Positions 40,568 through 50,460 of a DNA stretch of 64,000 nucleotides are shown piece by piece; the stretch's first letter is position 1; every line of letters begins with the position of its first letter. The DNA comes from Nitrospirota bacterium (GTDB lineage Bacteria > Nitrospirota > UBA9217). Location: the NCBI GenBank assembly GCA_963751455.1, contig CAVVUN010000008.1, positions 256,001 to 320,000 of the forward strand. Reading direction: 5' to 3'. The position numbers and the translations under genes are program-made. The notes under the pieces were generated by a model. That model was not told the DNA's origin, did not search any database, and was given only the letters and a program-made list of their open reading frames with translations.

Positions 40568-41944
40568 GTGAAAAAAACAATGTGGAGTCTGGTCAGTTTA
40601 GTTGTGTTCATTCTGTGTCCGACTTTTTTATGGGCAGCTACTATTTACGTCTCGCCCACAGGCGCCGGGAGCAAAACCGGTAGTGATTGGAACAATGCTT
40701 ACCAGGGTCTTCCTTCATCAATGGTAAGGGGAAATACGTATGTGATAACGGGAGGAAGTTATTCTGCAAAGTCATTTAGTGACGCTCAAAGTGGTTCTAC
40801 GGTAATTACCATTAGAAAAGCATCTTCTCTTCCGCAGTATAGAGACGATCTTATAGCCGGGTGGAATTCAAACTACGAGAGAGATCAAGCTGTTTTTACC
40901 GGCCAGAGTACTTTTAATACCGGATATTACATTATTGACGGCATAACTCCCTCAACGGGCCACTGGCAAACTTCCGGTTATGGAATAAAATTTCGTGCGA
41001 CGAGTTCCGGAACCAAGTACCTGGTCACGACGGGGTCCAGCAGCGTAAATTATGTCACGCTTAAACATATAGAATATCAGCATCTTGGGTCTAGCTCGGA
41101 CACGCAGCAATTTGCGATACATCCCGGCCTTGACGGTACCTTTGATTCATGGACAGTTGCGAATAGTTATTTTCATGAGTTACAGGTGTTCATGAAACTG
41201 TCTGGCTATGCTCCCAAGGGGTGGATCATCGAACACAACTATTTTGGGATTAACTGGAGTTCCTCGACCAATCACGGAGAACAACTTTCCTTTTCCCATC
41301 TGGGGGGTTCTACACCGCATCACGTCAGATATAATTGGTTTGAACCTTTTAGAGGCACCGGATCATTGATTTATCTCTGGTATCAGAACAAGACTGCAAA
41401 CGACATTTCAATCTATGGAAACGTCTGGCATAATCCCCCATCCGGCGGTAATGGAGTGATTGGGACTGGAAGCACCGGTAATTCGCCTTTGAACTATGAC
41501 AACTGGAAAATCTACAACAACACTTTTATCAACGGCACTGCTCAAATAGCGATAGGTTTTGCCGACTCTCCGCCTACTGGCTGGGAAATAAGAAACAATG
41601 TGTTTTATAACTGTCAAGCTAGATACATGTTTGGTGCTCCGAACGGAGTGATCAGCAACAACTACCGCAACGGAGGCTCATGGGGATTGGGAACCTGCAC
41701 GAATTGTGTGACTTCTGCCGAACCGGTTTCAACGCTTTTCCCGAATTACAGCAGCGGAGATTACCGTATAGGGTCAAATTCCCAGGCAATAGATGCGGGG
41801 TTCAGTTTAAGTTCCCCCTACAATCTAGATCCCGTCGGTACTTCACGCCCGCAATCCACGGCGTTTGACATGGGAGCCTATGAGTTCTCAACGGGCAGTG
41901 CCTTAGCGATGCCAAATCCTCCTACTAACTTACGCATTAACTGA
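40568..41944 (+). CDS. secreted right-handed beta-helix-like protein, paralog 1
   Basis: Signal peptide (LWA/A), [14 protein letters not shown] / IRNNVF repeats, AIDAG...DMGAYE. Confidence 0.82.
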   Translation: MKKTMWSLVSLVVFILCPTFLWAATIYVSPTGAGSKTGSDWNNAYQGLPSSMVRGNTYVITGGSYSAKSFSDAQSGSTVITIRKASSLPQYRDDLIAGWNSNYERDQAVFTGQSTFNTGYYIIDGITPSTGHWQTSGYGIKFRATSSGTKYLVTTGSSSVNYVTLKHIEYQHLGSSSDTQQFAIHPGLDGTFDSWTVANSYFHELQVFMKLSGYAPKGWIIEHNYFGINWSSSTNHGEQLSFSHLGGSTPHHVRYNWFEPFRGTGSLIYLWYQNKTANDISIYGNVWHNPPSGGNGVIGTGSTGNSPLNYDNWKIYNNTFINGTAQIAIGFADSPPTGWEIRNNVFYNCQARYMFGAPNGVISNNYRNGGSWGLGTCTNCVTSAEPVSTLFPNYSSGDYRIGSNSQAIDAGFSLSSPYNLDPVGTSRPQSTAFDMGAYEFSTGSALAMPNPPTNLRIN

Positions 41945-42598
41945 GATATTGTTCCGGTCAATCTCCGCTCTTACGGGAGATTGACCGGACTTCAATATGA
42001 TGCCACGCTGCGTGAGCAGGCTGATAACACGTTCCACGCAATCTTCAACAGGAGTGAAGGCGGTATCAACCACAAGGTCCGGCTGCGTAGGCTCCTCGTA
42101 GGGTGATGACACCCCCGTAAATTCCTTGATCTCTCCTGCCCTGGCCTTTTTGTAATGGCCCTTTACGTCCCTTTGCTCACAGATCTCGATTGAACATTTG
42201 CAATATATTTCGACGAAGTCCCCGGAGCCCAGCAGCTCCCGGAGCCGTTGTCGGTCAGCCCGAAAAGGCGATATAAAGGCCGTAATTGCAATAACTCCCG
42301 CATCTACGAACAGCTTGGCCATTTCCCCTATGCGCCTGATGTTCTCGGTTCGGTCTTCCTTGGAAAAGCCGAGGTCCGAGCAGAGCCCATGGCGGACGTT
42401 GTCGCCGTCAAGCACGTACGTGCGGCAGCCCATGTTGTGCAGCTTTTCCTCCAGCGCATGCGCTACCGTGGATTTTCCGGCGCCTGAAAGGCCCGTAAAC
42501 CACAGACAGATGCTCCGATGTTCATTTATTTTTTCCCGTCGTATACGGGTAACCGTTGCGTGATGCCACAGTATATTATTAATGTTTCCGGTAATCAT
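41930..42598 (-). CDS. cysC: adenylyl-sulfate kinase
   Basis: [38 protein letters not shown]. Confidence 0.95.
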   Translation of the reverse strand: MITGNINNILWHHATVTRIRREKINEHRSICLWFTGLSGAGKSTVAHALEEKLHNMGCRTYVLDGDNVRHGLCSDLGFSKEDRTENIRRIGEMAKLFVDAGVIAITAFISPFRADRQRLRELLGSGDFVEIYCKCSIEICEQRDVKGHYKKARAGEIKEFTGVSSPYEEPTQPDLVVDTAFTPVEDCVERVISLLTQRGIILKSGQSPVRAEIDRNNISVNA

Positions 42599-42728
42599 AG
42601 TCAATTGCTCCAAAGTTGAGACCACTGATGCCAGCCGTTCGCTGCCTGGTCGCCTGTTAGCCATCTTTCACCTGCCTGGTGTTCGGACACATCGGATTTC
42701 CCGGTTTTTGTGTATAGCCGCAAAGACA

Positions 42729-43652
42729 TTACTGAAAAACCGGATGAATATGCGGGTCATATTCAAATCGTTTCATACTGTTTAACGTCATACTGGTAAT
42801 AAATTTTTCCTCATAGGGATGAATAGACTCTTTCCAATGTTTTGCTGCTTTTTTATTGAAGCCTTCAGAAGTTTTTCCTGTTACACTGGATGCCTGCCCC
42901 GCTTTTGGGTAGAGCATTTCGGGAATAAAATCAATCTCCGTAAACTCGCACAGTCTCCTGATGGTTTTTTCAGGCTCTGCAACAAGATCCTCGAACTTAA
43001 AAAGAGCATAATTTTTTATTCCTTTATATTTCGAATGCAATTTTGATGTCCACATATATTCAAGGATTACGTAATTTATCATCATCTGCCTTATTGCAAA
43101 TCTCAAATGGGGATGTTTTTGCATTCTTATCTTCGTGCCACCTGGATCATTTGTTTTGGATATTGCAATTGCTCTTGGATCGCGTGTTATGTGTATTATC
43201 TTGCATTCGGGATACCACTCAAGTAATTTTGGAACATAATTTACGGAAACGGGAAACTTCATACAACATCGGCCGCACCCTTTAAATTCCGTAATTTCCT
43301 CTATTATTATTTTAAATATGCTTTCTAATGATTTATTTGACTTCATAAGCCTGTTACGAAGTACAGTTTTAAACTCATTATTATTGACTTTTTCTATATC
43401 ATAGAACCAGAATGGATTAGCAAGTCCAGGTTCCAACCGACGCGAGAACATAGCCTCTATCATTTTATCAATATTATTTTCATTCGATAAATCCCCCACT
43501 GTATGCCGTAAAAAAAACCTGAAATCTTTTCTCCATTGATTGAGATAAAACATCTCACCCATTCTATAGATTTCAGGATGCTGTGCAAAAATGTTGAGCC
43601 ACAGAGTACTGCCGGACCTGCGAAGACCAACGATAAAAATGGGATTTTTCAA
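42729..43652 (-). CDS. sulfotransferase family protein
   Basis: 5'-PSB GLRRSGST and 3'-PB RDPRAIAIS, FEDLV; AT-rich. Confidence 0.9.
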   Translation of the reverse strand: MKNPIFIVGLRRSGSTLWLNIFAQHPEIYRMGEMFYLNQWRKDFRFFLRHTVGDLSNENNIDKMIEAMFSRRLEPGLANPFWFYDIEKVNNNEFKTVLRNRLMKSNKSLESIFKIIIEEITEFKGCGRCCMKFPVSVNYVPKLLEWYPECKIIHITRDPRAIAISKTNDPGGTKIRMQKHPHLRFAIRQMMINYVILEYMWTSKLHSKYKGIKNYALFKFEDLVAEPEKTIRRLCEFTEIDFIPEMLYPKAGQASSVTGKTSEGFNKKAAKHWKESIHPYEEKFITSMTLNSMKRFEYDPHIHPVFQ

Positions 43653-43760
43653 TTTAGCACCTCATTATTTATTATGAAATTGCCGATACCGGCTTATCTT
43701 TTCGAATCAGCTTTGCCATGAAACTGCGCCAATAGTATTAATATAATTAAAACAAGGAGT

Positions 43761-43804
43761 TGTGAGATGAATCACATACGATGAGCCCTCTCGTTTGTTA
43801 AAGT
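43761..43804 (+). promoter_or_regulatory. CRP box with extended -10
   Basis: TGTGA-GATGAA-TCACA, then TGtTAAAGT (hexamer 22 nt after the box). Confidence 0.78.
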
Positions 43805-43867
43805 AATCAACTCACAGCTTGATCAATGCAGCATGTTTTAATTTTGATGTAACCTGGACGGTATACG

Positions 43868-45241
43868 ATGAAAAAAACGATTATGATTTACAGTTTCTTT
43901 ATGTTCATTCTATTTCCGGCTTTTTCATGGGCCGCTACTCATTATGTCACTCCAACAGGAGCCGGGAGCCTGGATGGAAATGATTGGACTAATGCCTACA
44001 ACGGATTACCGGCAAATTTAACGAGGGGAGACACCTATGTTGTGGCAGGCGGAAATTATTCTTCTAAGAGCTTCAACGATGCTGAAAGCAGTTCAACCGT
44101 AATCACCATTAGAAAAGCATCTTCTCTTCCACTGTATAGAGACAATCTCATAGCCGGATGGAATCCGGGCTACGAAACAGAGCAAGCTGTTTTTTCAGGT
44201 CAGTCCGTCTTTATGACGGGATATTACACTATCGATGGCGTAAATCCTTCGACGGGCCATTTGCAAACTTCGGGTTATGGAATAAAATTTTGTGCGACAA
44301 GTGCCGCAACCCGCTACGTGGTTTCGACCGGGCCTAACAGCGTAAACTATGTGACGCTCAAACATATGGAATTCCACCATCTTGGGTCAGGCTCTGATAC
44401 TGAGCAGTTTGGGATACATACCGACCTGTCGGCCACTTACGATTCGTGGATAATTTCTCATAACTATTTTCACGATTTACAAGTGTTCATGAAAATAGCG
44501 GGCTATGCTCCTAAGGGTTGGATGATAGAACACAACTATTTTGCGAGTAACTGGAGTTCTTCGGCTCATCATGGAGAACAAATTTCCTTTGCCGGGCTGG
44601 GCGCTTCTACGCCGCATCAAATCAGATATAATTGGTTTGAACCTTATCATGGAACCGGGTCATTGATTTATCTCTGGTATATGGACAAGACTGCAAACGG
44701 CATTTCGATCTATGGAAACGTCTGGCATAATCCGCCATCCGAGGGCAATGGAGTGATCGGAACCGGAGATACCGGCGAATCCAGCTTGTCTTATAACAAC
44801 TGGAAAATATACAACAACACTTTTATCGGCGGTACTGCTCAAATAGCTATAGGTTTTGCCGGCTCTCCGCCTACTGGCTGGGAAATAAGAAATAATGTGT
44901 TTTATAATTGTACAACTCAATACATGTTCGGTGCTCCGGGCGGAGTGATCAGCAATAACTACCAGAACGGAGGCTCTTGGGGATGGGGAACCTGCACGGA
45001 TTGTGTAACTTCAACTGAAGACGTTTCAACCCTTTTCCGGAATTATAGCAGCGGGGATTATCACCTAGGGCCAAGCTCTCAGGCGGTAAATTCCGGGTTC
45101 ACGTTAAGTTCACCCTACAATGTAGATGCAGACGGTGTTTCTCGTCCGCAGGGGCCCGCGTGGGACATCGGAGCGCACGAAGTCGCAGCAGGCAGTACAA
45201 CTACAATACCAATGCCCCCAACGTTGCTGCGTGTTAATTGA
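43868..45241 (+). CDS. secreted beta-helix-like protein, paralog 2
   Basis: Colinear and highly similar to 40568-41944 over its full length. Confidence 0.82.
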   Translation: MKKTIMIYSFFMFILFPAFSWAATHYVTPTGAGSLDGNDWTNAYNGLPANLTRGDTYVVAGGNYSSKSFNDAESSSTVITIRKASSLPLYRDNLIAGWNPGYETEQAVFSGQSVFMTGYYTIDGVNPSTGHLQTSGYGIKFCATSAATRYVVSTGPNSVNYVTLKHMEFHHLGSGSDTEQFGIHTDLSATYDSWIISHNYFHDLQVFMKIAGYAPKGWMIEHNYFASNWSSSAHHGEQISFAGLGASTPHQIRYNWFEPYHGTGSLIYLWYMDKTANGISIYGNVWHNPPSEGNGVIGTGDTGESSLSYNNWKIYNNTFIGGTAQIAIGFAGSPPTGWEIRNNVFYNCTTQYMFGAPGGVISNNYQNGGSWGWGTCTDCVTSTEDVSTLFRNYSSGDYHLGPSSQAVNSGFTLSSPYNVDADGVSRPQGPAWDIGAHEVAAGSTTTIPMPPTLLRVN

Positions 45242-45261
45242 CGTACAACCGGGTTGCTGCC

Positions 45262-45290
45262 CCCTCTTCCGCAGTGACTGCGGAAGAGGG
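45262..45290. terminator. hairpin between convergent genes
   Basis: CCCTCTTCCGCAGT-G-ACTGCGGAAGAGGG; no clear T tract. Confidence 0.55.
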
Positions 45291-45350
45291 CTGGTGCACT
45301 GAAATATCAGAAAAGACCGCGGATGTATCGCGACCGAGTATATTGAAATT

Positions 45351-47219
45351 TTAACTATTCGACCTTAGCCATTCTTCAAAGACTACGAGGCTGAATAATA
45401 TTTTATGATTGTCATTCTGCCCGGATATATGTTCTTTAAGAAGTTTATTTACCCTCTCGGGGCGCAGATACTGATACATTTTGGAACCATGATCAGAAAG
45501 GAAACCATTCATTTTTTGACTCAACGAGTCACGAAACCAATCATCAACCACATTGACTGCAAAGCCTCTTTTTTTCCTGTTCACAATCGTACCTGGTAAA
45601 AAATTCTTGCACACCTGGCGATGAAGCCGTTTCCTGAGACCATTTCTGACTTTAAAATCTGCGGTTAGCCTTTGAACATATTCTACGACCTCACGGTCAA
45701 GATAGGGCACTCTGATCTCAAGGCTGTGCGCCATCGAAAGCTTGTCTGCATACATGAGCAATTCATCGGGGAGAGAAGACCGAATCTCAAGAAACTGAAA
45801 TCCTCCGAGCTCGTCGCTGTCCTCAATGAAGGGTTTCAGGTCTCCCCAGCATTCCAGGATGCTGTCCCCTGCGTCAGCCGGCAACATTCCTTCCTGAAAG
45901 AGGGCATCAATGGTGTCTCCCGGCATGATGGAAAAAACATTCTGGTATCGCTTCATTTTGTCTCTGATGCCCAGAGAATAAGCACCCCGCTTAAGCGCTT
46001 CATTGTTCGGCAGCGATTTTATGACTGAAGAGAGCGAACCACGGACCCAATCAGGCAATTTTCTCCAATAAGAGCCGTAGTGGACGCCGAAGTGACGAGT
46101 ATATCCTCCAAAGAGCTCATCGGGTCCCTGTCCCATGAGCGCAACCTTTACCTTCCGGCGGGCGCCTTCACAGACAAAGTACATAGGCACAATCGAAGAC
46201 GAAGCGATCGGTTCCTCCAGGCAGGAGACAATTTTTGGCAATGTTGCCTCAAAGGTTTCTCTTCTTATCTCAATGGAAGCATTTTCGGCGGAATACAATG
46301 TCGCTGTATCAGCCGCATAAGTAAGCTCATCATCTTTAAAGCTGTTTCCGTATCCGACGGAATAGGTCGGCCAGGCTTCTCCGTAGAGCCTCATCAATCC
46401 GAGCAGCAACCCCGAGTCCATGCCGCCGCTCAACAATAACCCGACAGGAACATCGCTCAGAAGGTGTCTCTTGACAGCCCGTTTATAAATTTCGAGCAAT
46501 TCTTCTTCTGCCTGCGCAAAAGTCGGCATGTTTGAAAACGGCATTGGCCTGAATTTATACCACCGTTCCAGGCGACTTGAACCTTTTTCAAATATCAACA
46601 TGGTGCCCGGCGCGAGTTTTTTTATTCCTCTAAATAACGTCAGCGGGGACGGCGTATAGCGATAACGCAAAAAAAGATTTAATGCTGTCGGATCGACCCG
46701 GGGTTTTTCGCCGGTACCCGCAAGAATGGCGCGAATCTCGGACCCGAATAACATCCGGTCCGATTCTATCTTGTAATAGATCAATTTTATCCCCATGGGG
46801 TCGCGCGCCAGGATCAGTTTCTTTTTCAGGTCGTCCCAGATCGCAAGTCCGAACATGCCGTTCAGATGATTGAAAACATCCTCTCCCCATTGTTTATAAC
46901 CGTGAACAATCACTTCTGTGTCGGATTTGGTATGAAATACGTGGCCGTTGCTTTCGAGCTCCTTCTTGAGCTCAGGGAAATTGTATATCTCGCCGTTGAA
47001 TACAACCCAGACCGATTTTTCCCGGTCCGACATGGGCTGGTGTCCGCTTTTAAGATCGATAATGGAGAGCCGCCTGAAGCCGAAGCCAAGCGGTCCTGAA
47101 ACATAAAAACCTTCATCATCCGGTCCCCTGTGGACCAGCGTAGTCGTCATTTTCTCTATTGTTTTCCTGACGACCGGCAACGGGTTTTTATAGTTGTACT
47201 GTCCGCAAATTCCGCACAT
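45351..47219 (-). CDS. asnB: second asparagine synthase-like amidotransferase
   Basis: MCGICG, HRGPD, RRLSIID, LSGGMDS, GQGPDE. Confidence 0.93.
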   Translation of the reverse strand: MCGICGQYNYKNPLPVVRKTIEKMTTTLVHRGPDDEGFYVSGPLGFGFRRLSIIDLKSGHQPMSDREKSVWVVFNGEIYNFPELKKELESNGHVFHTKSDTEVIVHGYKQWGEDVFNHLNGMFGLAIWDDLKKKLILARDPMGIKLIYYKIESDRMLFGSEIRAILAGTGEKPRVDPTALNLFLRYRYTPSPLTLFRGIKKLAPGTMLIFEKGSSRLERWYKFRPMPFSNMPTFAQAEEELLEIYKRAVKRHLLSDVPVGLLLSGGMDSGLLLGLMRLYGEAWPTYSVGYGNSFKDDELTYAADTATLYSAENASIEIRRETFEATLPKIVSCLEEPIASSSIVPMYFVCEGARRKVKVALMGQGPDELFGGYTRHFGVHYGSYWRKLPDWVRGSLSSVIKSLPNNEALKRGAYSLGIRDKMKRYQNVFSIMPGDTIDALFQEGMLPADAGDSILECWGDLKPFIEDSDELGGFQFLEIRSSLPDELLMYADKLSMAHSLEIRVPYLDREVVEYVQRLTADFKVRNGLRKRLHRQVCKNFLPGTIVNRKKRGFAVNVVDDWFRDSLSQKMNGFLSDHGSKMYQYLRPERVNKLLKEHISGQNDNHKILFSLVVFEEWLRSNS

Positions 47220-47324
47220 TAATAATTCTCCGGAAACAGGTACCGCGACACCGCAAGACTTTCTCAGTTAAATCACGAGACACAGATCTTTAAAATGCCG
47301 CAGTTCTTCAAGCTTAATTCGCCT

Positions 47325-48308
47325 TTACGAACGATGCACATTTCGCAACCCGATAGACCAGAGGAACAGGTTAATATACTTACCGAAAACATCGAAACTC
47401 ACCGTATCGGGTCTGGATTGAATTAAAAATGGCGACAATAAAACCAGCAGGGATAATCTGATGATGGAGCCGAAGCCGACAGCAGCCTTAAATTCCAGCG
47501 CCTTAAGAGAGCCGAAGTGTTTCGTGAAGTAATAGTAATTGGAATCCCGCTGCATCAGTGCGCTGAAATACTTGTTTTGTTTTTTTTTGGAGCTCGCCCC
47601 TTCGTGATGGAATATGCTTTCCGCGGCAAGATAATAAATTTTCCATCCTTCCTTCCTGATCCTGTAGCATAAATCAACGTCCTCGGCATACATAAATATA
47701 TTTTCATCGAATCCGTTCTGGGTATCGATGATGTGCTTTCGGGCAAGCATGCATGCGCCGGAAAGACACTCTATTTCCCTGCTGTCTGCATGGTCCCAGT
47801 AATTCATATCTGATGCGCTGAAATACCTTGACCGGGGAAACAACCTATTGAGCATGGCTAAAAAGCTGAACTGGTTGAACGGGGTAGGGAAGGCACGTGC
47901 GCATGTGAATTGGATCTGTTCATCAGAAGTCACCAGCGTGCATCCTACAGCACCGAAATCGGCATTTTTTTCTAAAAAAAGAAACATGCCGTATATTGCA
48001 TTTGTTCTCAGTTCCGTATCCGGATTCAGATACAATATATATTTCCCCGACGCTTTTTTGGCCGCCTCATTATTGCCCTTTGCAAAACCCAGGTTTTTCT
48101 TGCTTTCTATGAGCAGGCATTCGGGATGGTCTCGCTTGAGCATCAGCACGCTGTCATCCGATGAATTATTATCCACAATGATAATTTCATAGGTCAACCC
48201 ATGGGTCTTTTCATTAATGGATTTTATGCATTTTTGCAGCAGCTCTTTTGTATTCCAATTTACAATACATATGGAGACATCTATTTTTGTTAATGGTGCG
48301 TAAGCCAT
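47325..48308 (-). CDS. GT2 glycosyltransferase (WbbL-like)
   Basis: IVNWN, VDNNSSD, NLGFAKGNN, LNPD, FMYAEDVD. Confidence 0.92.
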   Translation of the reverse strand: MAYAPLTKIDVSICIVNWNTKELLQKCIKSINEKTHGLTYEIIIVDNNSSDDSVLMLKRDHPECLLIESKKNLGFAKGNNEAAKKASGKYILYLNPDTELRTNAIYGMFLFLEKNADFGAVGCTLVTSDEQIQFTCARAFPTPFNQFSFLAMLNRLFPRSRYFSASDMNYWDHADSREIECLSGACMLARKHIIDTQNGFDENIFMYAEDVDLCYRIRKEGWKIYYLAAESIFHHEGASSKKKQNKYFSALMQRDSNYYYFTKHFGSLKALEFKAAVGFGSIIRLSLLVLLSPFLIQSRPDTVSFDVFGKYINLFLWSIGLRNVHRS

Positions 48309-48333
48309 GCTCTTTCTGTTCTTCTCCGCTCGT

Positions 48334-49260
48334 TTAGAAATATCTCCGTAGTCCTTGCAGCAGATTGGACATCTCAATTGAATTTATCTTGAGTTTATTC
48401 ATCATTCTCTTATTCAGCAGTTTCCTGTAATAATCGGCTTCTGTGTCGCTTACCAGGAGCTTTTTACCCTTTATGAAGGAACTGAGATAACCAAGGAGCA
48501 TCATAATGCCGCCGATCAAAAAGGGATTACCGAACAGCATTCGGTGCGCAACTTTTAAAAAGAAAAAGAGTGTGCTTCCTCCCGTTAAATAATATATTTC
48601 ACCATGCATTTTATTTGTTCGAACAGAGCCGATTCCGGTCCCTTCATTTTTCAAATGATAAAAGAGGATCTCCTTGAAATGACCGGTTTTCCAACCCCGC
48701 ACCTGGGCCTTTATTTCATCAACAGTATCCCAGCCCTTTTCAGGAGTAAAGCCTCCTATCGACCTGAAACATTCCCATCTGAGAACTTTGGAGGCGCCCG
48801 CAGCGTGGTACTCGGGCATCTTCACTGCCAGGAAACCTTTTCCCCTGTTCTCAAGGTATACACCCGACGCAATCCCCAGCGTGGCATCATCTTTGAATTT
48901 CAATAACAATGTTTCGAAATATTCGGGCCCAAACCTCACATCACAGTCTAATTTCACGATAAAATCGAATTTATAATCGTTAATCAGTTCATAGCCTTTA
49001 TTGAACGCGTGAATAACAGAGGAGCCCGGCTGTCTTTTCGCTTCTTTGTCTAACCGTACTACTTTAATCCAGTCATATTTGCGGCTATACGCATCTAAAA
49101 TGCCGGCTGTTCCGTCGTGGGAACCATCATCTATAATCAGCCATTGAGCAGGTTTTGCCGTCTGGCTGATTACAGATTGAATGGCGCTCTCAAGGTACTT
49201 TTCTTCATCTTTTACCGGTGAAATAATGATATAGTTCGGGACAAACGCACTTTGGACCAT
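48334..49260 (-). CDS. GT2 glycosyltransferase
   Basis: SPVKDE, DDGSHD, KLDCD, GWDTVD. Confidence 0.9.
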   Translation of the reverse strand: MVQSAFVPNYIIISPVKDEEKYLESAIQSVISQTAKPAQWLIIDDGSHDGTAGILDAYSRKYDWIKVVRLDKEAKRQPGSSVIHAFNKGYELINDYKFDFIVKLDCDVRFGPEYFETLLLKFKDDATLGIASGVYLENRGKGFLAVKMPEYHAAGASKVLRWECFRSIGGFTPEKGWDTVDEIKAQVRGWKTGHFKEILFYHLKNEGTGIGSVRTNKMHGEIYYLTGGSTLFFFLKVAHRMLFGNPFLIGGIMMLLGYLSSFIKGKKLLVSDTEADYYRKLLNKRMMNKLKINSIEMSNLLQGLRRYF

Positions 49261-50460
49261 TTACCTTTCTCCGATCGAGGAAACACCAGCGTCGTGGAAA
49301 TTTCTGGACGTTGCCGAAGCAGCAGCCAAGGCGTTGTCGAAGACGGTTTTCTCATGGTCTAAATAATCATGGATCGCTTCAGCAACATAACGTATCTGGT
49401 CTTTTTCCAGCTCCGGATACATCGGTAAGGACACGATCTCCTGAGATGCCTTCGTTGCCTCCGGGAAATCATTGCCCTTATAATTCAGATATGAGTAAGC
49501 CTTCAGGTTCGGCAATGCAATAGGATAATGAATACCGCTGGCAATGCCTTTTGATTTGAGATGATCCTGAAGTTTTTTTCGCACGTCCTTTTTTGTCCGC
49601 ACAACGTAAAGATGATATACTGCTTTCACCTCTTTTATCTCTCGTGGCGTTACCAGGTCCGTTCCCTTCAGATAATGATCATACAGTTCGGCGTTCTTTC
49701 TGCGCGCCTCAGACCATTCGTCAAGATGTTTTAACTTGACCCCGAGTATGGCTGCCTGGAGACCGTCCATGCGACTGTTGATTCCTTCCATTTCATGGTC
49801 ATATTTGTCAACTCGTCCATGATTAGCGAACATACGGGCCTTATTGGCAAGCACGTCGTCACCGGTCACTATTGCGCCGGCATCACCGTAGGCGCCAAGG
49901 TTTTTCCCGGGATAGAAGCTGAAACAGGCCATGTCGCCTATGGAACCGATGGTTTTCCCCTTATAGACTGCGCCATGTGCCTGTGCCGCATCCTCGATGA
50001 TTTTTAAATTATACTTTTTCGCCAGGGCAATAATCGGGTCCATATCAGCAGGCTGCCCGTAAAGATGGACGGGGATGATAGCCTTGGTTTGCGAGGTGAT
50101 TTTTTCCTCGATCTTGTTCGTGTCTATGTTGTACGTCCTCGGATCTATGTCGACGAAGACGACTCTCGCGCCCGTCTGCGTTATTGCTTCAGAGGTTGCG
50201 ATGAAGCTGTTCGCTACAGTGATGACCTCATCGCCAGCGCCGATACCAAGTGTTTTTAATGCGATGAATAATGCATCCGTGCCGTTACCGACCCCGACAC
50301 AATGTTTCACACTGCAGAACCTTGCGAACGCTTCTTCGAATTTTTTCAGGCGCTGACCTCCAATGAAGGCCGTTTCCGCAAGGACCTCCTTAATTGCTGA
50401 ATCTATTTCGTCTTTAATCGTTTCATATTGGGCTTTTAAATCGACAAGTTGAATATTCAT
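49261..50460 (-). CDS. DegT/DnrJ/EryC1/StrS aminotransferase
   Basis: NGTDAL, PVHLYG, EDAAQAHG, SFYPGKNLG. Confidence 0.94.
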   Translation of the reverse strand: MNIQLVDLKAQYETIKDEIDSAIKEVLAETAFIGGQRLKKFEEAFARFCSVKHCVGVGNGTDALFIALKTLGIGAGDEVITVANSFIATSEAITQTGARVVFVDIDPRTYNIDTNKIEEKITSQTKAIIPVHLYGQPADMDPIIALAKKYNLKIIEDAAQAHGAVYKGKTIGSIGDMACFSFYPGKNLGAYGDAGAIVTGDDVLANKARMFANHGRVDKYDHEMEGINSRMDGLQAAILGVKLKHLDEWSEARRKNAELYDHYLKGTDLVTPREIKEVKAVYHLYVVRTKKDVRKKLQDHLKSKGIASGIHYPIALPNLKAYSYLNYKGNDFPEATKASQEIVSLPMYPELEKDQIRYVAEAIHDYLDHEKTVFDNALAAASATSRNFHDAGVSSIGER

